From the NCBI GenBank assembly GCA_965153285.1, contig OZ229113.1: 64,000 nucleotides of DNA; one strand, 5' to 3'. The position numbers and the translations under genes are program-made. A model generated the notes under the pieces. That model was not told the DNA's origin, searched no databases, and saw only the letters and a list, made by a program, of their open reading frames with translations. Positions 1 to 11,741 of this stretch are shown piece by piece. Every line of letters starts with the position of its first letter. Position 1 is the first letter of the stretch. This DNA comes from Podarcis tiliguerta. Taxonomy: Eukaryota.

Positions 1-2615
1 TGCCCGACCACATCACTGTTTGCTTTTCGGTGAATAGCAAATACTGTAATATATTTGCAGTTGGCATTTTTTTTCTTTTTCTTTCTAAAATTATTTCTCT
101 TTTGTTAACTTTTTTGGTTTACTTCAACAGCTGCCATGGCTTGTAATTTAAGGACTCTGATAATGTTATGTTACTTTAATTCTGTTACATTGTTTGCCAT
201 TTTGCATATTTTTAATTGAAAGACAGGATTAAAATGTTGAAAAGGTTTCTGTTTTGCTGCTCTTTCATAGATAGTCCATTCACTGGCAGTCTTTGCGGCC
301 CTAGAAGGCACCCCTTATATTGGCCATATCCCATTAGATCAATGTATGCATTAAATCATGGTTCAGTCTTGCTGCTGTTCCTTGGAGTCTAAAGCACTCT
401 GCTGGTAGATAAAAATATAAAGACCTAACCAGTCTTGCCATCAGATTGTTTAGCTCACTGTTTCTTACAACTCAATCCTAAATTGAATTTTCTCAGTTTG
501 TGCTGAGAGATATTTTTGCTGAAAGGGACATATTCAAAGTTCAGCACATGCTTATGGAGGGTTTGAACTCAAGTCTTCCCCAACCATGACCATATCTTAT
601 CCATTACATCATATTAGCTTCAACGTTGGAATGGTGAAAAACATTAAGCTCTGGCCATAGAATGTACATTGGCTTCAACAAATAAAAAGACAAGGGTTTC
701 ACACTTTGCTGGTTTTAGTCAAAATAAGATTATATTATTGTCCATAACGATAGAGTTAATCATGACAGGTTTCTGGTGAGAAAAAGGAAAACTGTTTTTC
801 AAATAAATTAGCTTTAGTGTATGACATTTAATATTCACCCTGAAGGGACATTATCTTTTTGAAATGTTACTCATTCATAGCTACATACAGCACACAACTA
901 CATAAATGTTTTATGTCTTTATTTTAGTACATTTATTATAGACTTCAACAATGAAGGGGATGAAAAATTATTGATTGGAAATCTGATTTTGCTTATATTA
1001 GTCTTAGTTAATTGCAAATTATGATGTTTCTGCATGCAAACAGAGCTTAGTTGATGATTTAGACACTGAAGCTGATTAAAAATAGTTTTCTAATGTAAAC
1101 TGGTTTAGCTGAACAGTGCAGGGTATTAAAACACGAAAATGTATGTAACATTGTATTTCAGGATTTGGGATAAAACACCTAACAAAATATTGGTATTGTA
1201 TAAAGTAGAATAATGGATAAAAAATAGTTGTCAGAAAGCTTAACTGCTTCAGTTATCACTATTTCTTTTTTAGTGCTTTAGCTTTCAAAATAAGCAAATT
1301 TATAGTAGGTCATGAGCTAGTACATAAGCATTAGCATGGTAGCATTTCGTAGTCCAAAACCCAGACTCTTTATACATGCTTATAATTGATCAAAATATGA
1401 TTAAAAGCAACGCTACCTAAATAAATTTGGTTTAAATAATGCAGTTGTCTTAGTAATAAGAGCCACTAAATAATAGCTAGATTTCTTAATTAATGAAATT
1501 CCAGATGGCAACCCTTTTTTTGGGGAATCTGAATAATAATAGTGTGAAGATACTGCTTTGTTGAGATAATTAAGACATAGAATTTATTCAAGCTAAAATG
1601 TTGACAATACATACTATAATCTGTGATTATAAAGTGAAAATATTAAATTGCATTTAAATATTTAAACAGCAAATAAATTGATAGTGACCAGGGCTGTTAC
1701 AGTCTTTCCCAAAGGGTGTTTTCCTATCGGTTTTTATAGCTATTTAGTTCCAGAATGTTGGCCTCTTGACCCTTTGAACATCACAATTTGAAAATTATTT
1801 GAAGCTTCTCTGCATTTAGAAATAAACAGAAATCCAACAGTGTGTGACTGCCAGCAGAAAGCACTTCCATTTGCTCAGTGGGCCTCCTCTGTCCTCAACA
1901 CAATTATGGTGAAGCAAGAAGGCAGGAGCATGTGAATACTTGTAGGAAAAATTGTGGCTGTTTTGCTCTTTGCCCAATTTTCCTGGAGCTAAGCCATGGT
2001 TTTGCTTAATATTGCATCCCATTCCAGGCTTGTGGTTTGTCTCACACCAAAGAAATCACAAGCAGTAGCCAGGCTTCGTTCTTGACTTACTGCTTTGAGA
2101 GAGACAAGCAGCAGAGATGTTTATCACCCTTGCGCATGACAAAATGTACATCTCCAAAGGTCTTCACCAACTTCTCTGCTTCTGTCAGCTTTTCAAGTCC
2201 AGCACCCTAGGCCTCAGCAGATCAAATATGTTTCCTGGACCTGGTTCATTTCACCAAGCACACAACCATGACTTCTCCAGGAGGCAGTTGTATGTGTGTA
2301 ACCTTTGTGCCTAGCCCCCATTGGCACTACTTACTTTCTAGCTTTGTATGTATTTTTCTTGATTGGGTTTGATAACCTGGAAAGCTACGTTATGTACTAT
2401 TTGTAGATGGGAGAGTTGACTTCATAATTGTCAAGCATTTAACTGCCCAAAACACAAAAGATACTCTTATAATGCAAATGATATTTCAGAGCAATTGCTG
2501 AGGCACAATTCTGCCTAAATAACTTCTAACTGCTCTTTTAAGGGTACATTGTAAACCAAGTGAACCATCAAGAAACATTCATAGTGACTTTATTAATAAA
2601 CACTTCTTTTAAGTA

Positions 2616-2860
2616 CAGTGGTACCTCGGGTTACATACGCTTCAGGTTACATACACTTCAGGTTACAGACTCCGCTAACCCATAAATAGTGCTTCAGGTT
2701 AAGAACTTTGCTTCAGGATGAGAACAGAAATTGCGCGGTGGCGGCAGTACAGCAGCAGCGGGAGACCCCATTAGCTAAAATGGTGCTTCAGGTTAAGAAC
2801 AGTTTCAGGTTAAGAACAGACCTCCGGAATGAATTAAGTACGTAACCAGAGATACCACTG
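2616..2860. mobile_element. Tc1/mariner (Tigger/pogo-like) MITE
   Basis: TIRs CAGTGGTACCTCGGGTTAC / GTAACCAGAGATACCACTG, TA target duplication on both sides, several internal TTCAGGTTA repeats. Confidence 0.9.
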
Positions 2861-3149
2861 TATCTCAGATGTATATGTGTAATAGCTATAGTATCAGATC
2901 TAATAGAAAACACATGGCCCATTAAGACTAGAACTGATAATGCTCTTACAGTGCTGTCCTAGAAAATATTTATATCCTTGGTTATAAAAACTTATCTGTG
3001 TTGATTGTAGCTTTCTCCAGGGCTTATCATTAGATTAGTTGTGACAATACATTGCCATTGATTTGCAAATAAGTGTAGTATTATTGACCAAAGTATTGAA
3101 ATGAGTTTGAAAGTCGGTCTCTGGAATTTTGCCTTTGCTATCCTCATAG

Positions 3150-3279
3150 CACAATGGCCAATGTGGTGCCATTCAGATATTGCAGGAATTCCAACTCCCT
3201 TCAAACACAGGCAGCATGGTTAGGAATGAGAGACGTTGTAGCCCACATCTTCTGGATGGCCACAAATTAACCAGCCCTG
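3150..3279. mobile_element. Degenerate palindromic hAT-type MITE
   Basis: Decayed match to the MITE core at 35314/56222 (CAGATATTGCAGGA...CAACTCCC...GTTGTAG...TCTGGATGGCCAC...CCCTG). Confidence 0.5.
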
Positions 3280-6200
3280 CCCTATATTATCATCTTTGGA
3301 TTGTTTAGTATATCTATTATGGTAGATACCAATGGAAGGATAATTACAACATTGCCATCTTTCTAATATGTTTGGCAATATATACACAGAACTACATGTA
3401 GGGGAACTGAAATCAATGTAAAAAATTGTTGAGGCCCATGAAAAATGAATTTCATGCACTTTTGACCACCACCTGCCCTCTGTCCGCTAATCAATCACTT
3501 CAAGTCTTATCACTAAACTTTTTCAAGAAACTGCAGAAAGAAATGTTGTCTGTTTGACACAACAAATACGGAAAATCTTTTCCAAAATGTAGTTGTGCCA
3601 GGAGGGCAGGATTCATGGTTGATTCATTAAAAGACATCCTCTATAATTTGTAAACGGGGCTTTAGCAATCTGTTTGACAACTTCATTCACAATCAATTAA
3701 TTTAACATCTGTTATTAATGAACTGACACAGCCTTTCTGAAATTGAATGACAAAGTTTGCAGACTGCAAAGAAGTTCAATGTTTTGTAATTTTTTAAAAA
3801 AGAAATTCAAAATTTGAAATAGAACTTTCATAAGTAGTAATTTCCCGTGCAAATATTTAGATCTTTAATAGTTTGCAAGGAAACTATGTCTTGAAGTATA
3901 CAGTACACCTTGGTTGAGAATGATTAACTTTGCTATATGGTTTAATTTTAGCCTATTAAAATTAAATTGTCAAATCTTTAATTCTAAATTGTTGGAGTCA
4001 GTGAAATTGTATTTCTTATAAAAGAGACATGGATTGGATCCCCAGGCATATGACTTTATAAGGAAAAATAAAAATAGTATTGCTACATGATTAGTGAACC
4101 CAGGGTCTATGTTGGGATTTTGATTGTAATATATTTGGAGTGAGAAGAACTGATTGATTTATACATTGGTTAAGGACGAAGTCATTTATGCTACAGGGGT
4201 TCTATGTGTGTTTCAACTTTGCACTTCAGATGAGCAAAATTCTCCCAACTTGAACATGTTTTTACAATGTCAGCTGGCCTGTCTAACATCTTGACAAGTA
4301 TAGCCTAAGTGTATGTTGGCTCAAATTCACCTCTAGAAACAGATCTTACTTCAAAGCCCTTAAGACTTGAAAAAGGTCTTGTGTATAGTTCATTAACAAT
4401 AGGTCACATATCTTCAAAGATTCCTTTAGGGCCTCAGCCCTGTTAAGGAGATAACAATGAATAAAGGGATTTTATCACATCAGAAGATAGGATTAAGTGA
4501 AAGAAATTTAGATTGAAAAGTAAACTTAATCCAATTTAAGGATAATGCCTTAATTTATACTGGGCTTCCTCATTAGATGTAGGCTTCTCTGTTAAATGTA
4601 GCCTTGAAGAAGAAATTTAGGGTCTGAAATAGCATTCCTCCCATTTGAAGAATCGTTGAATGTTATGAAACATATTTGCTAAAATATTATACATTAATGT
4701 TACTCTGTATTGTTTTCCTCAGGCACTGTGTTTCATACGCCTTTTATTTTTCTGTGACATTAATATATACTTCATTGCATGTTTGGGGCCATTTTATACA
4801 AGGAGAATGGGAGAGGGGTTGGGAGAGGCGACTCCCAACTCCTTGAATGCAAGATATTGAATTAATCTGAACAGTTAGTGTGGTGTCTGTCTCTCCCAAT
4901 TAAATCGGTGTGAAACGGATGGCATATATGCAGTTCAGCATTTCCTTTTAAGAATTAAACATTGGAAAGTTAAAATTGCTAACTGCAGCTAGTTCCCATC
5001 TTTTTATGTTTTCTCTCTGTGTGTGGCTCTGCACACTGTTTATAATTTTGCAAAAATGCCCAATTTCAGTCATTTTTTCTCTGTTTCACCAAGGAACTCA
5101 CACCAACCAATGTGAATTTCAGTCGTAATTCCCAGGGGACTTGCTAGTTTTAACAACTTTCATATTGAAATTCATGAAATGCAAAAAAGAATACCAAACA
5201 AACCAAAGTCATCTGTAAATTAAAAGAGCAATAGGAGCAGTCACCCAAAGCTCACTAAAAGCCAAGGGATACACAAGCTTTTTACTTGACACCTAAAGGC
5301 CAGCAGAATAGGCATTGCACAAATATTTGTGGAGGGGGAGGTGTTACATCCCAATTGGCATATATTATGCTACCACAGAGTTCAGTTAAATATTCTTGTT
5401 ATTCTAAGGCCCTTTCGCCCAGTTGGCAAGTTATGTTTAGAATACAGTAAGCCTGCAACTTACACACACTTAGTTTGTGCGCATATAGCTTTACGCGCAT
5501 GGCAAAATAATAATAAAAAGGACCGGACAGCAGGGAGGGTTTTCAGGAAAAAATGACTTTGGCAATCCCACCTGCCATTGAACCCAACGGGTTTTTACTA
5601 TATGCCATTTTGGTTTTAGGCGCAATCCCTGGAACATGAACCCTGCACAAGTTGTGGGAGTAGATTCCTTAAGGCCAGATCCTAAATGTGGCCCTCTAGA
5701 CCTCTCTATCTGGCCCTTGGAACTCTGCTCAGTCACAGCCTTCTCCTCAAGGCATACCTGTAACTACCGTAATTTAGCATAACATTCTCCCGGAGTTTTG
5801 TTTGTTTTGCTTTAATGTGTTGAACTCTTGATTGTATGGTCGGACGATAGACAGGGTGTGTGAGTGTGATGTTATGTGGATGGTTGACAGGTTTTTAAAA
5901 GGTTTTTAAAAAGGAAACCTCATATAAAGCAATAAATGTCTACATTAGCAAACCTAAAGGCTTTAACAAATGTGTTGGTGGCAACTTTTAGAGAAACAAC
6001 TTGTTTCATGTCAAACATATATTGGCTTATATAATAAATCACTGATAGAACAGCCAACTCTTTTTTTCTTCAGTACTGTCCCAACATTGATTAATGTGGC
6101 TCTTATAATGGAACAATGGTCAATGTGCACATAAGCATGAAAAGCTCTTCTGAAGCAATAGATAGCTTTGTCGTACATGCTGCATCTTATTAAGAGAAAA

Positions 6201-7089
6201 AGTCAAATACATACCCCACCCCACAACATCTTTCCATTCAGAACCTCAGCTAATTGATTAACACAGTTTTATGCAGCCTGTTCTTTGCCTTAAAACCGGG
6301 GTATAATTAAAGGCTTTCACAGCACCCAGTCTCAGTTTTGACAGTCCAGTAGGCCCATATGTCATCTGAAGTACAAAAAGCAGTAAGATGTGTTAGTTGC
6401 AATCAGTAGTATTGCATACATGAGTGAAATTGCAAAAATAAAATAAACTCTATCTCTTACTGTGTTCAGCTTAAATGATTCGTATTGAAACATTAATACT
6501 TCCAGTTTTACCTTAGGATAGTTACAGGAACAGCTTTATTCTCTACATTAGTGTAGAGAAATATACAACATTTAAATTGGGAAATTGCTGTATTATTTGT
6601 ATAAAATTTGTTTTGAAACTCTTTTCCTGGGTAGTATGCCTGGTGGAGAGAAGAGTTTTCATCTTTATTTTCTAATACACATAAGTTGATTTCTTGTCAA
6701 GAAAGAGCACACACAATGGGACATGAAAACTTCTCCGGTGCCATACATAAGTGTGAATATCCTTCCCTTTACGAATAAAGAGAGGGTTTATTAGCAGAGT
6801 CATAACTTTATTAAAAGATTTGTAATGCTACTATTAGTTGTATACACCCAAAACTACCATAATTCTTTGCTCTCATTTGTGTCCATATTGTAGCTATTCC
6901 CCAGAAAGGGAACAATAAGTTTCCTTGGCTCTTTATGTAGTCACTTAGTTCCCAGTACAGAGGTCTAGATACAGATACAGTAAGTGTAAGCAGAATTCTT
7001 CTGTTACTTCCCTTCTGCAGCCACCTATGCCTTATGCATTTGAGGGCACTTCCTCTTGAGGAAGATGTCCTCAAGACATCTTGAACAGC

Positions 7090-7151
7090 TCTGAGACCCC
7101 AGGGCATAGGGCCGGTATATAAATTAAAACAACAACAACAACAACAACAAC
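7090..7151 (+). mobile_element. LINE (L2-like) 3' end with (AAC)n tail
   Basis: CTGAGACCCCAGGGCATAGGGCCGGTATATAAAT followed by about 8 AAC units, resembling squamate L2 3' termini. Confidence 0.5.
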
Positions 7152-7274
7152 GTCTCTACCGAGTTCTGACTCTTGCTTCAGCAGCCCCTGCATGGGATAC
7201 AAGGTGCCTTTGATCCAACTCCAGTGTCTCTATTTTATTTCAGGGCTTTTTTCCAGAGAAATATCCCCAAAATA

Positions 7275-7621
7275 CAGTGGTGCCCCGCAAGACGAATGCC
7301 TCGCAAGACGGAAAACCCGCTAGACGAAAGGGTTTTCCGTTTTGGAGGTGCTTCGCAGGACGAATTTGCTATGGGCTTGCTTCGCAAGACGAAAATGTCT
7401 TGCGATTCCTGGGGTTTTTTTTTCGCTCCCCACCCCCTTTTTCTAAGGCACTAAGCTGCTAATAGCCTTTTAGCAGCTAATCCGCTAATCCCTTAAGCCT
7501 TTAATAGCCGCTAAACCGCTAATAGCGCTAATCCGCTAATGGACTTGCTTCGCAAGACGAAAAAACCGCTAGACGAAGAGACTCACGGAACGGATTCTTT
7601 TCGTCTTGTGAGGCACCACTG
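7275..7621. mobile_element. Tc1/mariner (Tigger/pogo-like) MITE
   Basis: TIRs CAGTGGTGCCCCGCAAGACGAA / TTCGTCTTGTGAGGCACCACTG, TA TSD, repeated CGCAAGACG and GCTAA motifs; CpG-rich, so probably young. Confidence 0.9.
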
Positions 7622-8306
7622 TACAAGTACTGAAGGAGAAACACACCACACTGGTTCACATTCAAATTATGTAAACACCCATAATTTCAACTAATGGAAC
7701 TTGAGTATATAAATACTACCTCCAAATCCCATGCTGAACTTAAAAACTGACAGACCCTCACACAAACAAGATACCAACTTTCAAACAGTCCACACAGCAT
7801 CGTCAACTTTAGCTGTCCCGAAACCTTAACTAGAATTTTGGTCGCATGAGAAAAAAACAGTACAAAGCTGGGCAACAAACAAAAAAACTAATACCAAAGC
7901 GCAGTCATTTTGTGTATTTGGTTCTTAATTTGGTGATCTCTTTCCAATTCCCCAGCGACATACGTGGCTAATGTAAATCTAGCTCACTTCAGATGTCCTG
8001 CTATTTATATATTCTAGTGGCATGGATTCAGCTCGTTTCTCTACTAAGTGTGTCAATGTCAATTTAGGCAAAGCTTTGAATTTCTTCTGTCTTCCTTTTG
8101 TTAGCAAAATCTGATTTGAACCATTTTGGTTGCTACAAGAGATCATATTTTAAAGAGTTTATTGTCATGAACCCTCTTCCAAACATACAATATGCTTTTT
8201 TTACTTTCCTGAATTTGGGGAACAATTTTGGAACATGTGCTGTGAATCTGGAAAGCTTGTACATTCCCTATCTCTCTGTATCTCTCTGTCTTGTGCGTGC
8301 ATGCGT

Positions 8307-8328
8307 ACACACACACACACACACACAC
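8307..8328. repeat. (AC)n microsatellite
   Basis: Direct reading. Confidence 0.95.
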
Positions 8329-8454
8329 TTTATCAGGAGAAGGCGCAAGGGAAGAGAAGAAATGGAACTAAATGGCCTTTCCATAGGTTTTTCTAAACCT
8401 TTGGTCCTTTCTTTCCTTGAAATCTATTATTGAAGCTGATAATTACAAGAATTC

Positions 8455-8676
8455 TGTAATACCACTCCCCTTCTCCAGGGGGTTGGAGTTGCAGGCGGGT
8501 ATCCCAGAACACCCTGTAACCCGGCAGGGGGAGGAGTGATGCCGCCCGCATCATTGGGACTCCCAGCCACGTCATGCCCTTTGGCTGACCAATCAGGTTA
8601 GCCGGGGGCATGGCCGCTGCCATTTAAATCGTGGCGCAGCTGGGGGCGGCAGCCTCCTTTTCGCCTCCTCGTTACA
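8455..8676 (+). mobile_element. GC-rich LTR-like mini element (TGTAA...TTACA) flanked by direct repeats
   Basis: TG..CA inverted termini, CCAAT at 8589, ATTTAAA at 8622; identical TTACAAGAATTCTGTAA at 8443-8459 and 8672-8688. Confidence 0.65.
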
Positions 8677-11164
8677 AGAATTCTGTAACTTGCTTTTCTC
8701 CCTCTCCAAACTTGAAAGCCTGAATGCAGGGACTGTTTTATAAGACACTTTGTGAGCTCTTCTCTTTTTTTTGGCAGAAGAGCAGGATTGAAATGCTCTA
8801 AATAAATAATAAATAAATACTTGGTCTTGGTTCCTATGCAAAATCCGCAATCTGCTTTTCATACTTGGGAGGATGCACAATTTAGTCAAATGAGTTCCTC
8901 GCTGGAATCATTTGGTTTTGCAATATGACCTTGCCTCTGAAATCAAACGTAAAATGAAGATCTTGTCACAATTTGTAGTTTTATTACCAATAGTACTTAG
9001 TAAGTTTTCAGTATGTTCCCAACTGTTAATTAGCTTCATGTCATTGAGAGCAGATTGACAAAATTTCTAGTCAGCAGTAATATTGGTTAGAATACATGCT
9101 GTTTTTAAAGCGTATGCAAAAAATATTGTGTTTTTTCTTTTTCCCACAGCTGTAGCAAAAGTCACAAGATGCACATGCTTCATGCTAATCACATTGAAAT
9201 AAAGCAACTGATATACAGAAACTTGAAATGGGTGGGGTGGGGAGCACAAACATAGAATCTGCCTGGGTGGTTTCAATTAATGTCATTGTCCAGTACAAGG
9301 ACAGGATGAGTTGATCCAGAAAAGAAAACCTAGCAGCTTGTTTTAACATGAGAGATGCACACTCTGAAATGCTGATAAGGAATTCAAATAACTATTCAGT
9401 TGTGACAGCTGTAATCCTTTTTTGAGCCAGCTATAGTGCATTTGAGAAAAACATGGTTTACTGGGAAAGCTACTGAACGCCATCTTTTCAGAGTCATAGA
9501 GAGTGAAGCCCCAAGTTTGAAAGTTTTAATTGGATTTCTAAGGGCTAATTCAGTACTGTAGTCGATTAATGTTATAATATAGCTATAGTTGCGAAGTTTA
9601 GGAATTAGATTATTCTCCCCCACCCCACAACCCCGGATACATGTCTCTGTACACAGCTGCAAAATACTTCTCCATGTTGAAAGAATAAGTCCTTCCAGAA
9701 CATGAAAGATTGGAGAGAATTTTGCTTAAGTTTTCTAGGGTATGGGTGGGGAACCTCTAACCTGCAGGCCAAGTTTGGTGTGTGAGGCTGCTTTCTCCCC
9801 AAACCTTGCACCACATGTGTGTATCCCCTATATCCCCCAATACTAACTTTGATTGGAGTTGTCACTCATAGGCTGCCCCTTAGTCCCATTTATTGGGTTT
9901 GGTGTTTTATGTGCGTATGTGTAGCATGTTTGTTTTGCCTCTCCACCCCAGCCTCACACTGCATACTGAAGAGCTTGACATGTTAGCACTCTAAACTACG
10001 GTACATTCCTTTAAAAATTCCATTTGTACAATTAACAAATGGTAAGGAAGAGTTGTAGAATGCAGATACTGCATAGAACTGCTAGTGAGTTCACTGCTAA
10101 GCTGCCTGTATCAGACTCATCTGTGCAGATGTATTGGTCTGTTTTGAGTGGATGTCTGGCAAAATCAGAAGTGGGTACTTTACCTCAATCCCCAGAGCAA
10201 TCCTCCTACTGTTTCTAAAGAAAATAAACCATTTTCTTTTGCTGTCTGCAATAAACACAGCTGAAGTCCATTGAGTGTGGAAGTTATTTGCAAGATTTAT
10301 AGGACAGAATAAATTGTCCTGGTTATAGTGTAACATGAATGCACTGTACGTTTACTAAGTACCTCGTGAAAGAGAGAGCATGTGCAGGAAATGGAAGAAG
10401 TGATTATGGTTCTTGAATAGAAAGTAAAGCATAGCCTTATGGTCACTTCTTTGGACTTGGGGGCATTGCTTTATGAAAAGAGAAGATAACAACATTACAC
10501 TGAAGACGTGGTTGATTTAGAAATTTAAGAGGTGGTGGCTGGCAAAACAGGTTGGGGAATGAGAAGTCTTGGGAGAGGCTACTTCTATTCTGTCAGATAT
10601 AAATTCTAGTTTCTGCTAGACTTTATGTAATATGAACGCCACTGTTGTTTTGTATTTTGATTTAATAACTTTTGTTTTGAAGTGAACGTTAATAACACCT
10701 CATCCTCCAGATTTACTGACCACTTGAGACATTTGTCAGTTGTAAAATAGACTTATGATAGGGGATATTAGCTCGGGGGAGAAAAATGGTATAATTTTGC
10801 ACACAGATGTTACGTTTCTGTAGTATAAAGAGCCATTGTTTATATCTGAAGGTTTCCAGTTCAGTATGTCAGGCAGAGGAAATAACAATCTCAGGCAGCA
10901 TTTTGTAGTTAGCAGTGTGAGGAGATAAGTCAGTACATATACCAATATATTGATTAAAGACTAGAAAACCATGTTTGTCTTAGAAATTATGTGTTGCTTT
11001 TAATTACATTTCTGTGTTTGTGGCATCTCTAGTATACAGAGTTCATGTACTGTTCCACCCCCCACCCCCTTGTTCCTCCACTCACAGGATTTTATATTTC
11101 TGGTCATTAAAGCCTTCAGAAACAAAACACCTAAGATTTATCTAAAACAGAAGTGGGAAACTAT

Positions 11165-11283
11165 TGCCTCTGCAAGTCTTGTTGGACTGCAACTTTCATC
11201 AACCCCAAGCAGCATGGGTAGTGATGTGGGATGGTAGCAGTTACATACAAGGACATCTGGAGGGACACAGTTGCCCATCCCTG
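11165..11283. mobile_element. Degenerate palindromic hAT-type MITE
   Basis: TTGTTGGACTGCAACTTTCATCA...CATCTGGAGGGACACAGTTGCCCATCCCTG, the same core as younger copies. Confidence 0.55.
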
Positions 11284-11470
11284 ATCAAAAGTACTTTGTC
11301 TCCATTTCTTACCTTTAAGGAATATATGGACTTCCTGACACTTCTCTGTGGCAGTATTGCCATCTAAATTGCTGTCTGAACTTAGTTTCTTTGGCAACAC
11401 TGTTCAAGCCAACTTTTGTGTTTTATCGGCGGCTTATGGCAACATCTTTGTGAACTGAAAACCTATGAAC

Positions 11471-11741
11471 TGTCAAGGACGGGCAGGAGTCCGAGAGCTG
11501 GGCAGAGGAGGTGGGAGAGCAGGAGGATGATCTTAGGGAAGACACCAGTGATTTGTCGGGTTCTTTGCCACTGGTGAGGCAGAAGGAAGAGAGAGAGGAA
11601 GAATCTGGGCAGTCAGAGAGGTGGGGGAAGAGTTGCAGGAAGACAGAGTCCCAGAGAGAGCTGAGCCATTAAACTCTCCCGGATCTCCTCCCCTCTTGTT
11701 TCCAAGGATAGTACTCATTTTATGTCTGCTTGAGCCTGACA
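11471..11741 (+). mobile_element. LTR-like fragment (Gypsy-type solo LTR, probably internally deleted)
   Basis: Starts TGTCAAGG, ends CCTGACA, purine-rich U3-like body; no clear TSD. Confidence 0.45.

Noticed and set aside
131-220. Acceptor plus Kozak-like GCCATGG first coding exon
   Set aside because: The frame stops after 27 codons and there is no good donor.
1930-2320. Harbinger-like MITE remnants (AGCCATGGTTT-type motifs; also near 13560, 27260-27500 and 32750)
   Set aside because: Probably real old repeats, but termini and TSDs could not be defined, so they are not listed as features.
7275-7621. CRISPR-like spaced repeats (CGCAAGACG; also TTCAGGTTA at 2640-2812)
   Set aside because: These are short, irregular subterminal repeats inside TA-flanked mariner-type MITEs in a vertebrate genome; no cas genes.
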